A DNA stretch of 64,000 bases, taken from positions 8,690,930-8,754,929 of the forward strand of contig NC_068991.1 in assembly GCF_001194135.2 (NCBI RefSeq). Direction: 5' to 3'. This stretch comes from Octopus bimaculoides. Taxonomy: Eukaryota. Below are positions 35,395 to 49,452 of this stretch, in pieces (within the stretch, counting starts at the first letter, position 1; each line of letters opens with the position of its first letter). Made by a program: the position numbers and the translations under genes. The notes beneath the pieces were generated by a model. The model was not told where the DNA came from, did not search any database, and saw nothing but the letters and a program-made list of their open reading frames with translations.

Positions 35395-36075
35395 TACTTT
35401 TTCTCTCACACAGCCTTCCTTTCTCCCCACCCCACTTTCTCTCTCTCTCTCACCCAAGACAGTTTCATGACTACTACTGCTGCAGTGATGGTAATATCCT
35501 CACTTGCTCTACAATGACACCACCACCACCACCAACTACAATGACAACAGTAGTGCGGGCCACCCCACTGATGACAACTGCACCATTACCACCTACTACT
35601 ACTACTTCTACTACAGTGACAACAATAGCGCTACCATGCCACTGGTGACAACTGCACCACCACCACCACCACCACCACCACATGGATGACAGCTTTCTAA
35701 ACAGCACAGTGGTAGCAATACAAGAAGAAAACTTATAAACAGTGGTCTGGTGATGGATGTAATTCAGTTAATTAGTCTAGTGACATTTTAGGGAAAACTG
35801 GGGAACAAACAGGAGAACTGGGTGGGGGGAGCAGGGTGGGGCGAAGATAGGTAGGTAGGTGAATAAGTGGGTGGGGGAGGTGGTGGGAGAGGTGACCAGT
35901 GCACTGGTAGTGGGAGGAGGAGAGACAGAAAGAGAGTTGTAGGAAAACAAGTGAGAAATGTGTGTGTGTATGTGTGTGTGTGCATACATGTGTATACTAA
36001 CATAACATACACACATACACCAATACCAATGTGCACAGACACCAGCATATCAATATCATCTTATACATATAACAT

Positions 36076-36112
<37 letters not shown>

Positions 36113-37568
36113 CCAATGTCAACACCATTTCTTTGTTTCACACACATGCCAATCACACCAATATCATCACTATCTTCTTTCTCACACACACATGAAGGGC
36201 TTCATTTAGTTTCTATCTACCAAATCCATTGACAAAATTTTGGCTGGCCCAAGGCCATAATAGAAGATATTTGCCCAAGGTGGCACACAGTGGGACTAAA
36301 CCCAGGATCCTGTGGTTAGGAAGCAAACTTCTTACCACACAACTGCACCTACACCTATAACTGACAAATTTATAAAAAAATTTTTTAAATCTCCCACCTC
36401 AAGTGAAGTAGATATACCTGGCAAGAACCCAAAATGAGCAGTGCTAGTGCCACCTGACTGGCAACACATAAAAGCACTCACTACACCCCCAGAGTAGTTG
36501 GCATTAGGAAGGGCACTCAGTTGTAGAAACCTAGCCAAATCAGATTAGATTCTGGTGCAGCTTCCCGGCTTGCTAGTCCTCAGTCAAACTGTCCAACCCA
36601 TGCCAGCATAGAAAGCACCATTTAATGGTGATGATTACATATATGTAATCACACACACATATATATATATTTTAAAGTCTGGTACTTATCCTATCAATTT
36701 CTTTTACACTGGACTGCTGAGCTTTAGGAACATAAACAAACCAACATCCTATTGTGAAGCAGTGACGGGGGACAAACATAAGCACAAAGAGACACACACA
36801 CACACATGTGCATGTGTGTGACAGGCTTCGACACAGTTTCAATTTACCAAATTCATTCACAAGGCATCAGTCTGCCTAGGGCTATAGCAGAAGACACCTG
36901 TCCAAGGTGCCACACTGGGACTGAACCTGAAACCACTGAGTTGTAAAGTGAGCTTTTTAATCACACATTCATGCCTGTGCCTGTTTATTATTTGTAAATT
37001 ATCAATTTAATGAAATAATTGATTATGTTTAAATTGGTTTTATTGCTTCTTATTAATTTCTCATGCCAAATTTCATCAGTGAGAACATAACCACTATTTA
37101 TAATTAGCCTTTTAATGATTCTTCATTTAACGATGGGATATTTAGAAGAAACTAAATCAAGGTGTTCCTTGTATTTCATTCTCAAAATTTTATTGAATTT
37201 ATATCATTAGTTATCTTCCTTGCTTGTTTTAAGATTTCAAACACCTCTAGAAGGAGTTTGTATTTGCTAATCACATGGATAAACTCAGTTTTCTCAATCA
37301 TGCTACATATGTCAGACCCTGCAGTATTTGTATTGAGTGCTGGTAGCATGAAAAAAGTACCTGGTACACAATGTAAAGTGACTGGTGTGAGGAAGGGCAT
37401 TTAACTTTGGAAAATGTGCTGAAGGTGACACTGGGGCTCAACACAGCCCTGTAGCTTAACGGATCCTGTGAAACTGTCCAACCCATGCTAGCATGGAAAA
37501 CAGATTAAAAAATGATGATGTTATGCTGAGTTATATTTACTCAGTCTTATTACCGAGAGAAAACGAGA

Positions 37569-37599
<31 letters not shown>

Positions 37600-37665
37600 A
37601 ACTGTAATTGTCTGATTGAGAAAGAGGAACAACGAAAGGGAGGAAAGAACAACAGTGCCACTTAC

Positions 37666-37774
37666 ATGGTATGATGTCTTTATATCTGTTCTTTTTGATG
37701 TTAAAGATCTGTTTGCCTTCTTCAGCCGGATATGTGTCCTCTTCCTTGTCTTTGATTCCTTGCAGACGCAATTC
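37666..37774 (-). CDS. PTPN12: PTP-PEST-family phosphatase exon (KNRY motif), most upstream exon identified
   Basis: TTTTTCTGCTGTCTTTACAG|GAATTG...ATACCAT|GTAAGT, 109 nt: ELRLQGIKDKEEDTYPAEEGKQIFNIKKNRYKDIIP. It aligns without gaps to my recollection of human PTPN12 exon 2 (..IYPTATGEKEENVKKNRYKDILP). Confidence 0.93.
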
Positions 37775-38550
37775 CTGTAAAGACAGCAGAAAAATTTCAT
37801 TAACTTTCAATGAGCAAGAGTAGCGACAATGCCATGAAAAATAATCTTTTTACAGGTATGCATGTATTATTATTATTATTATTATTACTATTACTATTAA
37901 TAAGCTGGCAGATTCGTTAGCAGCATTTCATCTGTTTTTACATTCTGAGTTCAAAATGCTGTCGGGGTTGACAGCCTTTCATCCTTTCAGGGTCAATAAA
38001 ATAAATACAAGTTGAACATTGGCGTCGATTTAATCGACTTATCCCCTTCTCGAAATTGCTGGCCTTGTGCCAAAATTCGAAACCATTATCATCACTATTA
38101 TTATTATTGTTATTATTATAAGGTGGTGAGTTGGCAGAATTGTTAGCATGCCAATCAAAATGCTTAGCGGCATTTTATCTGTATTTACGTTTTGAGGTCA
38201 AATTTCAGCACAAGAGCAAATGAAGGAGGAGACATGATAACAAATTAGAAAAGTGTGAGGATTTTACAGAATGAAATTTAAAAAAAAAAAACAAAACAGG
38301 TATGAAAAAATGGAAGAAAAACAGTGAAAAACAAAACAAAAATGCATTACAATAGTGAGGCAACAGTCTGGGGTTATTCAAAGAACTCTACAGACAGTGA
38401 ATTCCCTTGCTGGCAAAGGTAAGATCTTACTCTCAGGTACTTGCTCAGAGCAGATCTATTTACACAGGTCATACTTGACACTCCCACCACCTTTCAGTAA
38501 ATTTACTAGAATACAAAAACACTTCTTTTTCACCTTCAAATGGTACTTGA

Positions 38551-38581
<31 letters not shown>

Positions 38582-38818
38582 GAAATTGATGCAGGATTGG
38601 CCAAAGAGTAGTCCATCTTCATTCCTTTCAATCCTAGTCACAAATAACTTTTTACATCATAGCAACCAGACAAAGGAAAACTGCCTGCCCTTCTTGACCA
38701 ATGGAAAGAAAGGATGGAAGGCAGAGTTGACCTCAGTGGAATTTAAACTTACAACATTGCAACCTGCGAAATACCACTAAGCATTTCGTCCAGCATGCTA
38801 TTCTGCCAGCTCACCGCC

Positions 38819-38869
<51 letters not shown>

Positions 38870-39001
38870 GTAAGTGCTTGGACACTGCATGAATTGTGTG
38901 TAAGATGATCTTGCTGCTCTGCACACATCACAAACAGGTCTGGCTGACAATAATAATGACTAGCTGATGTTTATGATTATGATTAAACAATGATCACACA
39001 T

Positions 39002-39038
<37 letters not shown>

Positions 39039-39739
39039 ATGCATTTCTGAATTGTAATGTATATTTAACTTGAGCTGAGGGTGTGCTAGAAGTAGAAATG
39101 CATTTGTATGGTTATAGGCAACTTCTCAAGCCCATTGGATTAAATATACATGTCCTGAATATATGAACATTTGATATTGTTGGTAGTACCGGTTTTGCTA
39201 AGTCTGGTGAGTACAGGAGTGTAATGGTGATACATCAGAGGGTACACAACACTAATACTAAATACATTTGTTGTGGAGGTGGAGAAAATGTACTAAATTA
39301 TATATGTTGATCATATTCTTTTATTTATTTATGCTGTTATTTTTTTCATAAACATTCCTGGTTGGTTCAGCTGGAATGCGTTTATGCAAATTTAGATGTC
39401 AGCACATTGTTGGAGAAAGCATTTGGCTTTCCAGCCAAATAACCACCCAACTGTTAATGATTCACCTGCGATGCATAACTGGCTTTTGTCAGCCAAGCTC
39501 AAATAATTATCATAATAATAATAATGATAATAATAGTTATGTATTCTCAAGACAACAATGTACCTGATCAGAAAATTGGTTGCTGATTATACCTTGTCAA
39601 TTAGAAAAATACACACGCACACGTATCATCAGCATCTTATATTTATAAAATGTGAAAGGCAGGAAATGAAATTCACAAGACTTCATTCAGAACCACTACG
39701 ACCGTTTCAAATACTGTTGATGAGTTTTAAACAGCATAC

Positions 39740-39808
<69 letters not shown>

Positions 39809-39826
39809 AGAGAGAGAGAGAGAGAG

Positions 39827-39865
<39 letters not shown>

Positions 39866-39870
39866 TAAAG

Positions 39871-39906
<36 letters not shown>
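39740..39906. repeat. Compound (GA)n-(GT)n microsatellite; similar long (GA)n tracts at 25026-25162 and 61300-61432
   Basis: Direct inspection. Confidence 0.95.
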
Positions 39907-39908
<2 letters not shown>

Positions 39909-40061
39909 GGTGCCTGGCTCAGTGGTTAGAACATCAAACTCACGATCATGAGGTAGTGAGTTCAATTCCTAGACCGGGCTGTGTGTTGTGTTCTTGAGCA
40001 AGACACTTTATTTGACATTGTTCTAGTTCACTCAGCTGTAGAAATGAGCCACAGCATCACT

Positions 40062-40272
40062 GGTGGGCATATGGTGTAGTGGTTAAGAGCGTGGGCTACT
40101 AACCCCAAGATTCCGAGTTCAATTCCAGGCAGTGACCTGAATAATAATAATAACCTCGACAGGTTCAAAATTTCCCCAAGACACCTGATGAAGGCTGGAG
40201 GGTATATCAGCTGAAACGTTGTGTTAACAACAAACAAGATGAGGACAAAGATCCTTCAAATGTAAATAATGA
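40062..40272 (+). mobile_element. tRNA-headed SINE whose 3' part carries a hammerhead-like motif
   Basis: A box TGGTGTAGTGG (40072-40082) and B box GTTCAATTCC (40117-40126), then (AAT)n, then GACACCTGATGAAGGCTGGAGGGTATATCAGCTGAAACGTTGTGTT. Confidence 0.7.
40180..40225 (+). ncRNA. Minimal type I hammerhead ribozyme-like motif
   Basis: Stem I GACAC/GUGUU, core CUGAUGA (40185-40191) plus an extra A, stem II GGCUG/CAGCU, GAAA (40213-40216), palindromic ACGU stem III and cleavage triplet GUU. Confidence 0.6.
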
Positions 40273-43200
40273 ACATTTTCAATATCATAAAAAAATCTGT
40301 CTGATCATTCAAGATTTGGTGTGGAACTGGGTCTAACAACAATTTCATCTTTGCAGTGCTTCTTCCGTCCCAAGCCGTGTGAGCGACGGGGTCGATACCA
40401 TGACACGCGGTCCAAACCGCAAAATATGGTTGTCGTTGATTGGATGGGTTGACCGACTCGAAGGGCTGTTCTTGTCTCTCTTTTCTGCCGACGGTTAGCT
40501 CCACGTCACCCGGTGCCCGATCGACTCTACACGGCCGGCGCGTCCCCGGACAGTAGATGACAAACGGCAGACATCAGGTCAGACACAGAATACAGTAGCA
40601 GAACCAGCAGTTGGTCAGAGCACTGTCACAACACAAAAACACTGGACAGATGGTGACAGCAGCATACAAGGATTAGCTCATATCAAGGAGCCCACAACAG
40701 CAACTAAGATCAAACTAGTCCAAGAACAATAAACTTCAAACTATTTCAATGTCTGTCATTCGTAGTAACGACATTTTTTGTTTACGATAAAAATAGGTAT
40801 TTTTAATCAAAAATCTTAAACAAATTTCACTGATCTTTATAATAACAACTTTACAAAAAAAAGTATTGGATGATTCTTCAGAATAATATAAACTTGTTAT
40901 TATTACTTGACATAAAAACTAACATTAATATATTGTAGGAATTGAATTTTTAAATTCCCACAATAAAAACAAATACACCAAGTTTTCCCATTGTCAGAGG
41001 TTACTGTACATAATACACCCTAATTACTTTTATATGCATCTATGTGTGGCTTCCAGCCACTAAATTTCATTCACAAGGAATCAGCCAGCCTGTTTGGTTA
41101 ATGTTCGTGTTTGATAACAGCTCTGTCATTCTTATTCTAACAAAGACCAAGCATAAACATGCACACATATATAAATACACACACACACACACACACACAC
41201 ACACTGAATCTTAAAGCAGAATATGTCTCAGAATGAGTCATACAAACCTAGTTATAATAACCTAAAATTAGGTTATAAATAATAATAATGATAATAATGA
41301 TGATAATAATAATGGAATAAAAAATAATCAAGCTAAGAAGTTATGTGTGTGTGGGGGGGGGGGAGAAAGAGTGCAGGAAATTTTAACCGGGGAAGCTGTT
41401 AGAATGTTCAAGATGTGAAAGGAATTGGTGCAGAGTGGACGGAAGCATCAAGAAGTTGGGGACATAACTATGGCACTTGTAACAGGAAAAGTATGGCATT
41501 GTGTGTGTGCATGCGCGGATGTGTGTGTGTGTGTGGGGGGGGGATGGAGTGGGGGACTTAAGTGTGAAAGGGTAAAATACGGAGATGGAAAGAGTTGCGA
41601 GTAAAAGATGGCAGGGGGAAAAGACAGGGAGATAAAAGTAGTGGAGAAATGGAGAGATAGGAAGAAAGAGGGCATGGTAAGACAATAGAAAAGAAATGAC
41701 AAAAAAGAAATGAAGTGAGCATAAAAAAAAAGAGTGTGGGGGAGGGTGGGGGAAGACATATACATACATACACTCATACATATACACACACATGTAAAAA
41801 GACAAAAGAACTGTTTGAAAAACAATAATCATAGAGAGAAAAACAAAACATCACTGAGCAAGTTGGCATGAGAAAGGAGAGAGTTATGGCAGTGAATTCT
41901 TTCAAAATAAAGTTCTCTTTCTATCTTGCCCTCTTTCTCTCTCTCTCACACATATACATACATACACACACACACAGGACTAATAATAGATTGACCTTTA
42001 ATTGGGGTTATTCAAGTGCTGGCTCTTAAGTTACTTAAGTTTCTCAAAATGCTTTAGAGTGCTGCACGTGGCTTTCAGCTAAGATACTTTCGCAATGTAC
42101 CAAGGCCAAACCCCACGAAAAAGTGCAGTCAAGTTTAGCCTTTTGTGCACACAAACCAATGGGTTAGTCCACAATCAGTCCTGATTGAGTAGATCTATGA
42201 TGAAAAACATGATTATAGTGTATGATATATTCAACTCTCCAAGACTGGTTTTCAACAAGTTTTTATACCATTCTTTTTATACCCTTTTTCGGTACTTTTT
42301 GGTTATCTCACCGGCTCAAAAATTGGGTTATCTCCCCCCTCGTTTTACAAGAAATATTGGTACTTTTGCTAACCTCCAACTGCTGGCCAATTTGTCCCAA
42401 AGTTCTTATCTCGACATAAAATTAATGAAACGAGTGTCATTTATCTTCCCCTTGATCTCTGACATCATCTGACAAACACCAACCAAGATGGTGTGAATCA
42501 GCCAAGCTTTACCTGCTAGCAATAGCAACCCAAATGCTTTTAAATCAGATCCCAGTGCTGGATGTTCAAGAACCAAATGAAGGGCAAATTTTCAATCCCA
42601 GGATCATCCCGATTCCAAAAAGGTATATGTCTATGTAGAGAAAATGTAGGATGAGATACAGAGATCCCAGACGGACAGACAGAATTTTGCTTTTATTATT
42701 ATAGATGGCAATCTAACTATCATTTCAATTTTCCACAGCCACTCCAGTTTGACAATTACTGACCTGTTGTATAGTACATCCAGGAAAAGTAAAATAGAAT
42801 CCAAACACAAAACAGAGAAACAGGATCCACTTCAAATAACAAAAACTGTCAATTTCAGGAAAGATGCATAAACTAGAAACAAACAATTGATAACCTAGAA
42901 ACTTACCAATAAACATACACACACCTAATTGTATATATAAATTTACGCACACATTCACATACATATAGAGAATATATATGAATACACATTCACACATATC
43001 AATGAGGAATCAAGAGTCTTTTCTCCTAATGGAAGCCAATCATTTCAGACTCGTCCACTCTTCTATGGGATAATTGTCTCCAACACAAGTCGTATTCTGT
43101 CTCGTCAGAGTTTATCTCATGTCACATCTTGAGAGGAGCATGGGCATGGATGTGCGATTGAGAAGCTCGCTTTGCAACCACATGGTTTCAAGTTCAGTCC

Positions 43201-43644
43201 CATTCTATGGCATCTTTGCCAAGTGTCTTCTTCTATAGCCTCCGAGCCAACTAATGTCTCATCAGTGAATTTGGTAGTGAATTTAGCTACTCAACACCTG
43301 ACACAAAGCTACCTCACTCTACTACTACTATTACTACTACTCAATTGAGAAGAGCTTTTTCTTTGTCTTGTATGTTTTTTTTGGTGACCTGACTGGTCCC
43401 AGTGCTACAATAAAAAGTACCCACAACATTCTGTAAAATGGTTGACATTAAGAAGGGCATCTAACTTTAGAAACAGACCCTAGACTTCAATGCAGTCCTC
43501 TGGCTCATCGGATGCTGTTGAACCATGTAGCCCAAGCCAGCATGGAAGATGGACATCATAAGAAGACTTCACTGCCCAATGCTTCCTTTTCTTAAGATGC
43601 GAGTTTGTGATCAGAAAAAATTTGGTTTCAAATATCCAACAGAT

Positions 43645-43987
43645 CAGGGGTTCTCAACTGTTTTTCATTTATGGAGCCCTTCGATTACGATTTTATTCTG
43701 GCAGAACCCCGTAGCCATTCAATGTTTAAAAACTGGTTTTATAGAAATTTCTTCGAAAATTCCTGTTGCGTTTTCTGCACATTAACTTGTTTAGGTTGAG
43801 CTATGTAAAATGTTAGAGAAAGAAACCTGTTTCTTGCAATACATACCAATACATAACCTAAAACAACATTTTTTCAGGGGCCCTTAATATACTATTGTAG
43901 ATCCCCAATTTACTGTTTTGTTGCGTGGACCCCTAAGAATTTTACATAGATCCTCGGGGCCATATGGACCCTGGTTGAAAATCACTG
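43645..43987. mobile_element. hAT-like MITE (343 bp)
   Basis: Termini CAGGGGTTCTCAAC and GTTGAAAATCACTG. Flanks CAACAGAT and CAGTAGAT match at 6 of 8, a degenerate 8-bp TSD. Confidence 0.65.
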
Positions 43988-46802
43988 CAGTAGATAAACC
44001 AATCAAGCAGAGACCACCTGACTGGCTCAAAAACAGTAATCAAGAGCGAAGACTGCACAAGCTGGTCACAACCAATGTGGTCACTCGGTCAACATGCTAG
44101 AAATAACAACCAAATCTCCCTCAAATCACATCCTAGTGGGTTTAAACAGAGAAAAAAAACCCCCAAATAAAACGAGAGAGGGTAACAAAAAGTATATATA
44201 GTATAATGTGTGTCTGGAAGAAGCCAGGATTTCCTCAGATGGAACATCTTTGATCAGTCAGGGCTGCCCTGCTGCTAAATCACTTTGAAATAAGGGAAAT
44301 TGAGACTGAATTGAGAGTGAAAGAAAAAGGTATGTAGGTATGTATGTATGTATGTATGTATGTGTAAACGTGCATTTATGGACACACACACACACAAGTA
44401 TGTATGTAAGGAAAAAGTGAGAGAGAAAGAGACAATGAGTATGTATGTGTGTGTGTACAATATGAATAGACAATATAACTGTAAGAGAAAGACAGAGTGG
44501 AAGGAATATGTAAAGTTTTCTTTATGTAATGCATACAATTGTAAATAAACATGGACAGAAAGAGAAGTATGTAGTTGAGAGAGTGAAAGAGAGAGGCAGG
44601 CAGGCAGATAGAGGGGGAGGTACTTCTGTAGCATTAGCATTATTTCTATAATAAAATTAGGGATGAGGGTGAGGGTGAGTTATATGATGGAAGGAGAATA
44701 AGAGAGAGAGAGAGTAATTAATATCAAAGGGGAGAATAGATGTTAGGAAAAGGAAGGAAAGGAGAAAAAAAAATGGAGCAGATGAGGAAAGGGAAAAGTA
44801 GTAAGAGTTAAGAATCAATGAAAGTGGGAGGGAGAAGAAACAGCTGGTGGGGTGGGGAAGCAAAAAGCAAAGAGAAAGGTGTTGAATGGAAGTGGGGAAA
44901 GTAGAAGATACATCCCCAGAAGGAGGTAGTTGTAGGTAGAGGAAAGAAGTGTATAAAAGAAACCATTGATAAAAAGCGTTTTTTCCTTCCTCCTCCATCA
45001 CTCTCTCTTTCACGCACACACTATTCCCTCCTTCTCCTCCCCCCCCTCATGCCTGCCATGATTCTGCAACGTTTTTAGTATCCCCCCTCCACCTTCCATT
45101 CTAATCTATCCTTTACAGTCAACTGCTCAGCCATGAAAGCGGAGGTTGTCAGCTTGTTTGCTTTGATGAGGATAATGATGATAACAGAAGTTGCTTTGTT
45201 AATATACATAAGAGTGGGCTGGCCTATAAGAGTATCAAGAAAATTAGGAGAGGGAGGAAGAATGAGAGAAATGGTGGGAGTGGGTGGGGTGGATTGGAGA
45301 GAGAGAGAGGGAGAATTAGGTCAGCTGGAAAGTCCATTTGTTGTTATTGCCATTGTTTAGCCACAGGTTGGCTTGAAGGAGCAGACCTATGATCAATAGC
45401 ATTCCAGCCATGCCAATCCCTGTTGTTTTATTTTATCCCAAGAATCTATCAAGGACTTGATTATTTAATGTGCCATTCTGTTTTTAAGATACAAGGGTGC
45501 AATACGAGGGAAATTTTATTACTATAGCCTCGAAAAAAGGGAGAGAAAAACCCCCCAAAAAACAAAAGGACTCAATACTGTTAGAGTGGGTACATGATAG
45601 TTACTCACCTGCTACTGCACAGTTTCACAAATGTAGATTGTAATAAAAATCCACACTGGTAAAACTGTGCGGTAATGGATAAATAACCTATTATACTGTA
45701 TAACACACATATCTTACAACACAACACCTTCCTTCTTCACTGGACCCTAGGGTACTTTCAAATTAGCTGAATAGTTGGTGCTCCATCAGTTATTACTCAA
45801 GTTATTCCGGGTAGTATATATGCTTTACTCTTGACCCATCAAAAACAACTAGACAAGTGACTGAAACCATTCTTTCAGGCATGTGCCTTTACAATTTCCA
45901 CCCAACAAAAACCCCATTGTTCCAAGTAGTTTAACTCATAGCAACTGTGGCATTTCATCTGGGGGAAATCCCTATATCCCTTTGGCATTCAGAATATTTA
46001 TTTACACTGATTTGATTTAGTCATGCATTTAACTTTGTGGCTTTGAGATTTCAATGATGTCATTGTTTATTTTTATAAAAATATTGTAAGGTAAGCATGA
46101 GATGCTGGATCTGCCCAGTTTGAAGATTAAACAGGCACACTATTTTGGCCAAATACGGCTGGTTTAATTAAATGCTAAAGGGTTAAATATGATAATATGA
46201 AACGAAACTGCTCTGGAAGTAAACAAAGAATACAATATTTTACAGATTTTGCTGCTTGTTGGCATTGTGTAGTCACCCCACTTCTGAAATAAACTTGAAA
46301 TAGCTAGGTAGAAGCATATATAAATAATGTAAAATCTATTTGCTGATATGAAATTGTGCTGCACAAGTAGAATAAAATTCAAATATTGTTTGTGTGTGTA
46401 TGTGCGTGTATGTCTAAGATAGCAAGCTGGCAGAATTGTTAGCATGCCAGACAAAATGCTTAGCAGTATTTCATCCATCATTGCATTCTGAGTTCAAATT
46501 CTGCTGTGGTCGACTTTACCTTTCATTCTTTTTTTTNNNNNNNNNNNNNNNNNNNNNNNNNNNNNNNNNNNNNNNNNNNNNNNNNNNNNNNNNNNNNNNN
46601 NNNNNNNNNNNNNNNNNNNNNNNNNNNNNNNNNNNNNNNNNNNNNNNNNNNNNNNNNNNNNNNNNNNNNNNNNNNNNNNNNNNNNNNNNNNNNNNNNNNN
46701 NNNNNNNNNNNNNNNNNNNNNNNNNNNNNNNNNNNNNNNNNNNNNNNNNNNNNNNNNNNNNNNNNNNNNNNNNNNNNNNNNNNNNNNNNNNNNNNNNNNN
46801 NN

Positions 46803-46841
<39 letters not shown>

Positions 46842-47334
46842 TATACACACGCACACACACACACACGCATTTCTATTTCAAATAGCTGGGTGTGATTTGG
46901 AGATCTGACTGCTATTTCATGCATGTTGAGTGACCACTCTGAGGTCCCATGATTACATTAATTGTTTAACGTTTGCGATCTGACTGCTATTTCTAGCAGA
47001 TCCAGTATCCACATAAAAGTTCTCTCATTAAACTCAAACTAATTGTGATTGTTTATTTAGATGACAGAACAACTGGAAAAGAAAGAAAAGTAAACATCTA
47101 AACTGATTGGTCAGAAGTATGTCAGAGCGAGAGAGTGAAGTGCTCAACATTTTGTGACTGGCTGCTGACAGAAGAAAGTCATTGATAAGTAATTCTGATT
47201 GCATCCTATCAACTAAAAATCGTGAATGCAACGCAATTCTATTTCAAAATATTAGTTTCCAATATTCTTGCAGACAGAGCTTCATATTCAAACATTCATT
47301 GACCATACCTAAAAGAATTCATTAAAAGGAAGCC

Positions 47335-47727
47335 AAGTGAGATCGTTGCCAGGGCCCCTGGACTGGCTCTTGTGCGGGTGGCACATAAGGTGTACCATCC
47401 TGAGCGTGACCGTTGCCAGTACTGCCTGACTGGCCTTGTAGGGTTTTCGAGCGAGATCGTTGCCAGTGCCCCTGGACTGGCTCTTGTGCGGGTGGCACAT
47501 AAAAGACACCATTTCGAGCGTGGCCGTTTTCGTGCGGGTGACACGTAAAAGCACCCACTACACTCTCTGAGTGGTTGGCGTTAGGAAGGGCATCCAGCTG
47601 TAGAAACTCTGCCAAATTAGATTGGAGCCTGGTGTAGCCATCTGGTTGCACCAGTCCTCAGTCAAATCGTCCAACCCATGCTAGCATGGAAAGCGGACGT
47701 TAAACGATGATGATGATGATGATGAAT
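47335..47727 (+). mobile_element. RTE-type 3' UTR / non-autonomous element with (GAT)n tail
   Basis: Internal ~114-bp duplication, then GCACCCACTACACTCTCTGAGTGGTTGGCGTTAGGAAGGGCATCC...CATGCTAGCATGGAAAGCGGACGTTAAACGATGATGATGATG. Related copies occur at about 12960-13140, 36430-36635, 57355-57560 and 59990-60170. Confidence 0.75.
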
Positions 47728-49421
47728 GCAAAGAGTCAAGGAAGCATGGCTGTGTGGTTAAGAAGCTTGCTTTGCAACCATGTGGTTTCAGGTTCAGTCC
47801 TACTGTAGCTCCTAGGTTGACCAATGCCTTAGCCTGTTGTATGTATGTGTGTGTATATTGATAGAAATGGCAAGACAACAAAAGAACGAAGGAGAGTATA
47901 TTTTAGATTAAAAAAGAACTTTGCTTATCTTAACTTTGACAAATAAAAGAAGTATAAAAAAACTGCATTATTTAAAGATGACCCAATATATATATATATA
48001 TACACACATACATGTATGTATATGTGTGAGTGCCTTTGTATTTGTGTATGTTCCTCCTATCACTTGACAACCAATGTTTGCTTGTGCACATCCCCATAAC
48101 TAAATGGTTCATTGGGAGTCAATTTGAAGGTTTCAAAATAGACACTCATGAGGTAGATTGAACCTGGTGGCCTTGGGATTTCAAAGCAAAGCTTCTTAAC
48201 TACATGACTGCATGGCTAAGAAGGTCATCTTGCAACCATGTGGGTTTGGGTTCAGTCCCACTGTATGGCACATTGGGTAAGTGTCTTCTATAACTCTGGA
48301 CAGACCAATGCCTTGCGAGGGAGTTTGGTTGATGAAGACTGTGTAGAGAAAGGGGGTCTTTGAACTTGCTTCTCTCACTGGTTTGTTTACTTCTCCAGTG
48401 CTTAATAGTTTGGTGGAAAAGATTGATAGAATAAATATCAGACTTATAAAAAAAAGAGTAGTACAGGGGTTGAGTCTCTACTGTGGGAAGCACTTGGACC
48501 AGGTTTCCAGTTAGAGAATAAATGGTTTGAAATTTTGGCATAAGTCCAGCAATTTTAAGGGAAGCGGGTTAAGTTGACTACGTCAACACCAGTGATCAAC
48601 TTGTCTTTCTGACCTGTAAGTATGAAAGGTAAAGTGGAACTTTGGCAGAATTTGAGTCTGGAATGTAAAGAGCTGGAAGAAATGCTGCTAAGCATTTTGT
48701 CCAATATGCTAATAATTCCAACAGCTTACCATCTTCAATGAGACAATAAATAATTTCGTTTATTGTATTTGGTTTGCAAGATTCTTGATGTGAACTCATC
48801 TGTTGAAATACATTTTGTTGTTTTTCTTGGGTGGGTCATTGTGTCAAAAAAAAAAACAACAACATAAACACTGATCCTGTTTCACTTCTTTATTTTTATT
48901 ACTCAGTTAATCAGTTAGATGGTTAACTAATTTGTTAATAAAAATGTCATGAAACAGAATCATTGCACGTTTTAATTATTGGCATAAAGACCCTCCAGAG
49001 ACGCAACAAGATAAAATAGCTTGATATTTCAATATACTCTATTCTACAGAGGAAACCAAACAAACCTGGGCTGCTCCTTCTCCCTCTTCTTTCTAGCCTT
49101 AAAGACCATGCTAGATATCACGGATATTATCCTTGCTTCCGTCTGATTGAGCCATAAGCAAAAAGCTGAATGACATAACTATCCCATTGCTATGTAGTGC
49201 AGTGATGATATACAGTATATTGGCAAAACAGTACAGTAGTATTTATTTAATTATCACGCAACTAGGGCAAGGCAGGGTGGTGTCTCTCATTTGAACCTAA
49301 TTTCGTGATGGTGTTCATTTTTTGAAGGACATTTTGTTAAATAGGTCGAGTGTTTGACTGTGATTTCATGGCTTTCTAAATCTTTATGTGTGCATGTGTG
49401 TGTGAATATGCATGTGCATGT

Positions 49422-49452
<31 letters not shown>

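Noticed and set aside
42185-42472. Minus-strand WRLAKVPIF...KRGG segment reminiscent of a CR1-type RT
   Set aside because: Stops and frameshifts, and downstream RT motifs are not recognisable; too weak to call.
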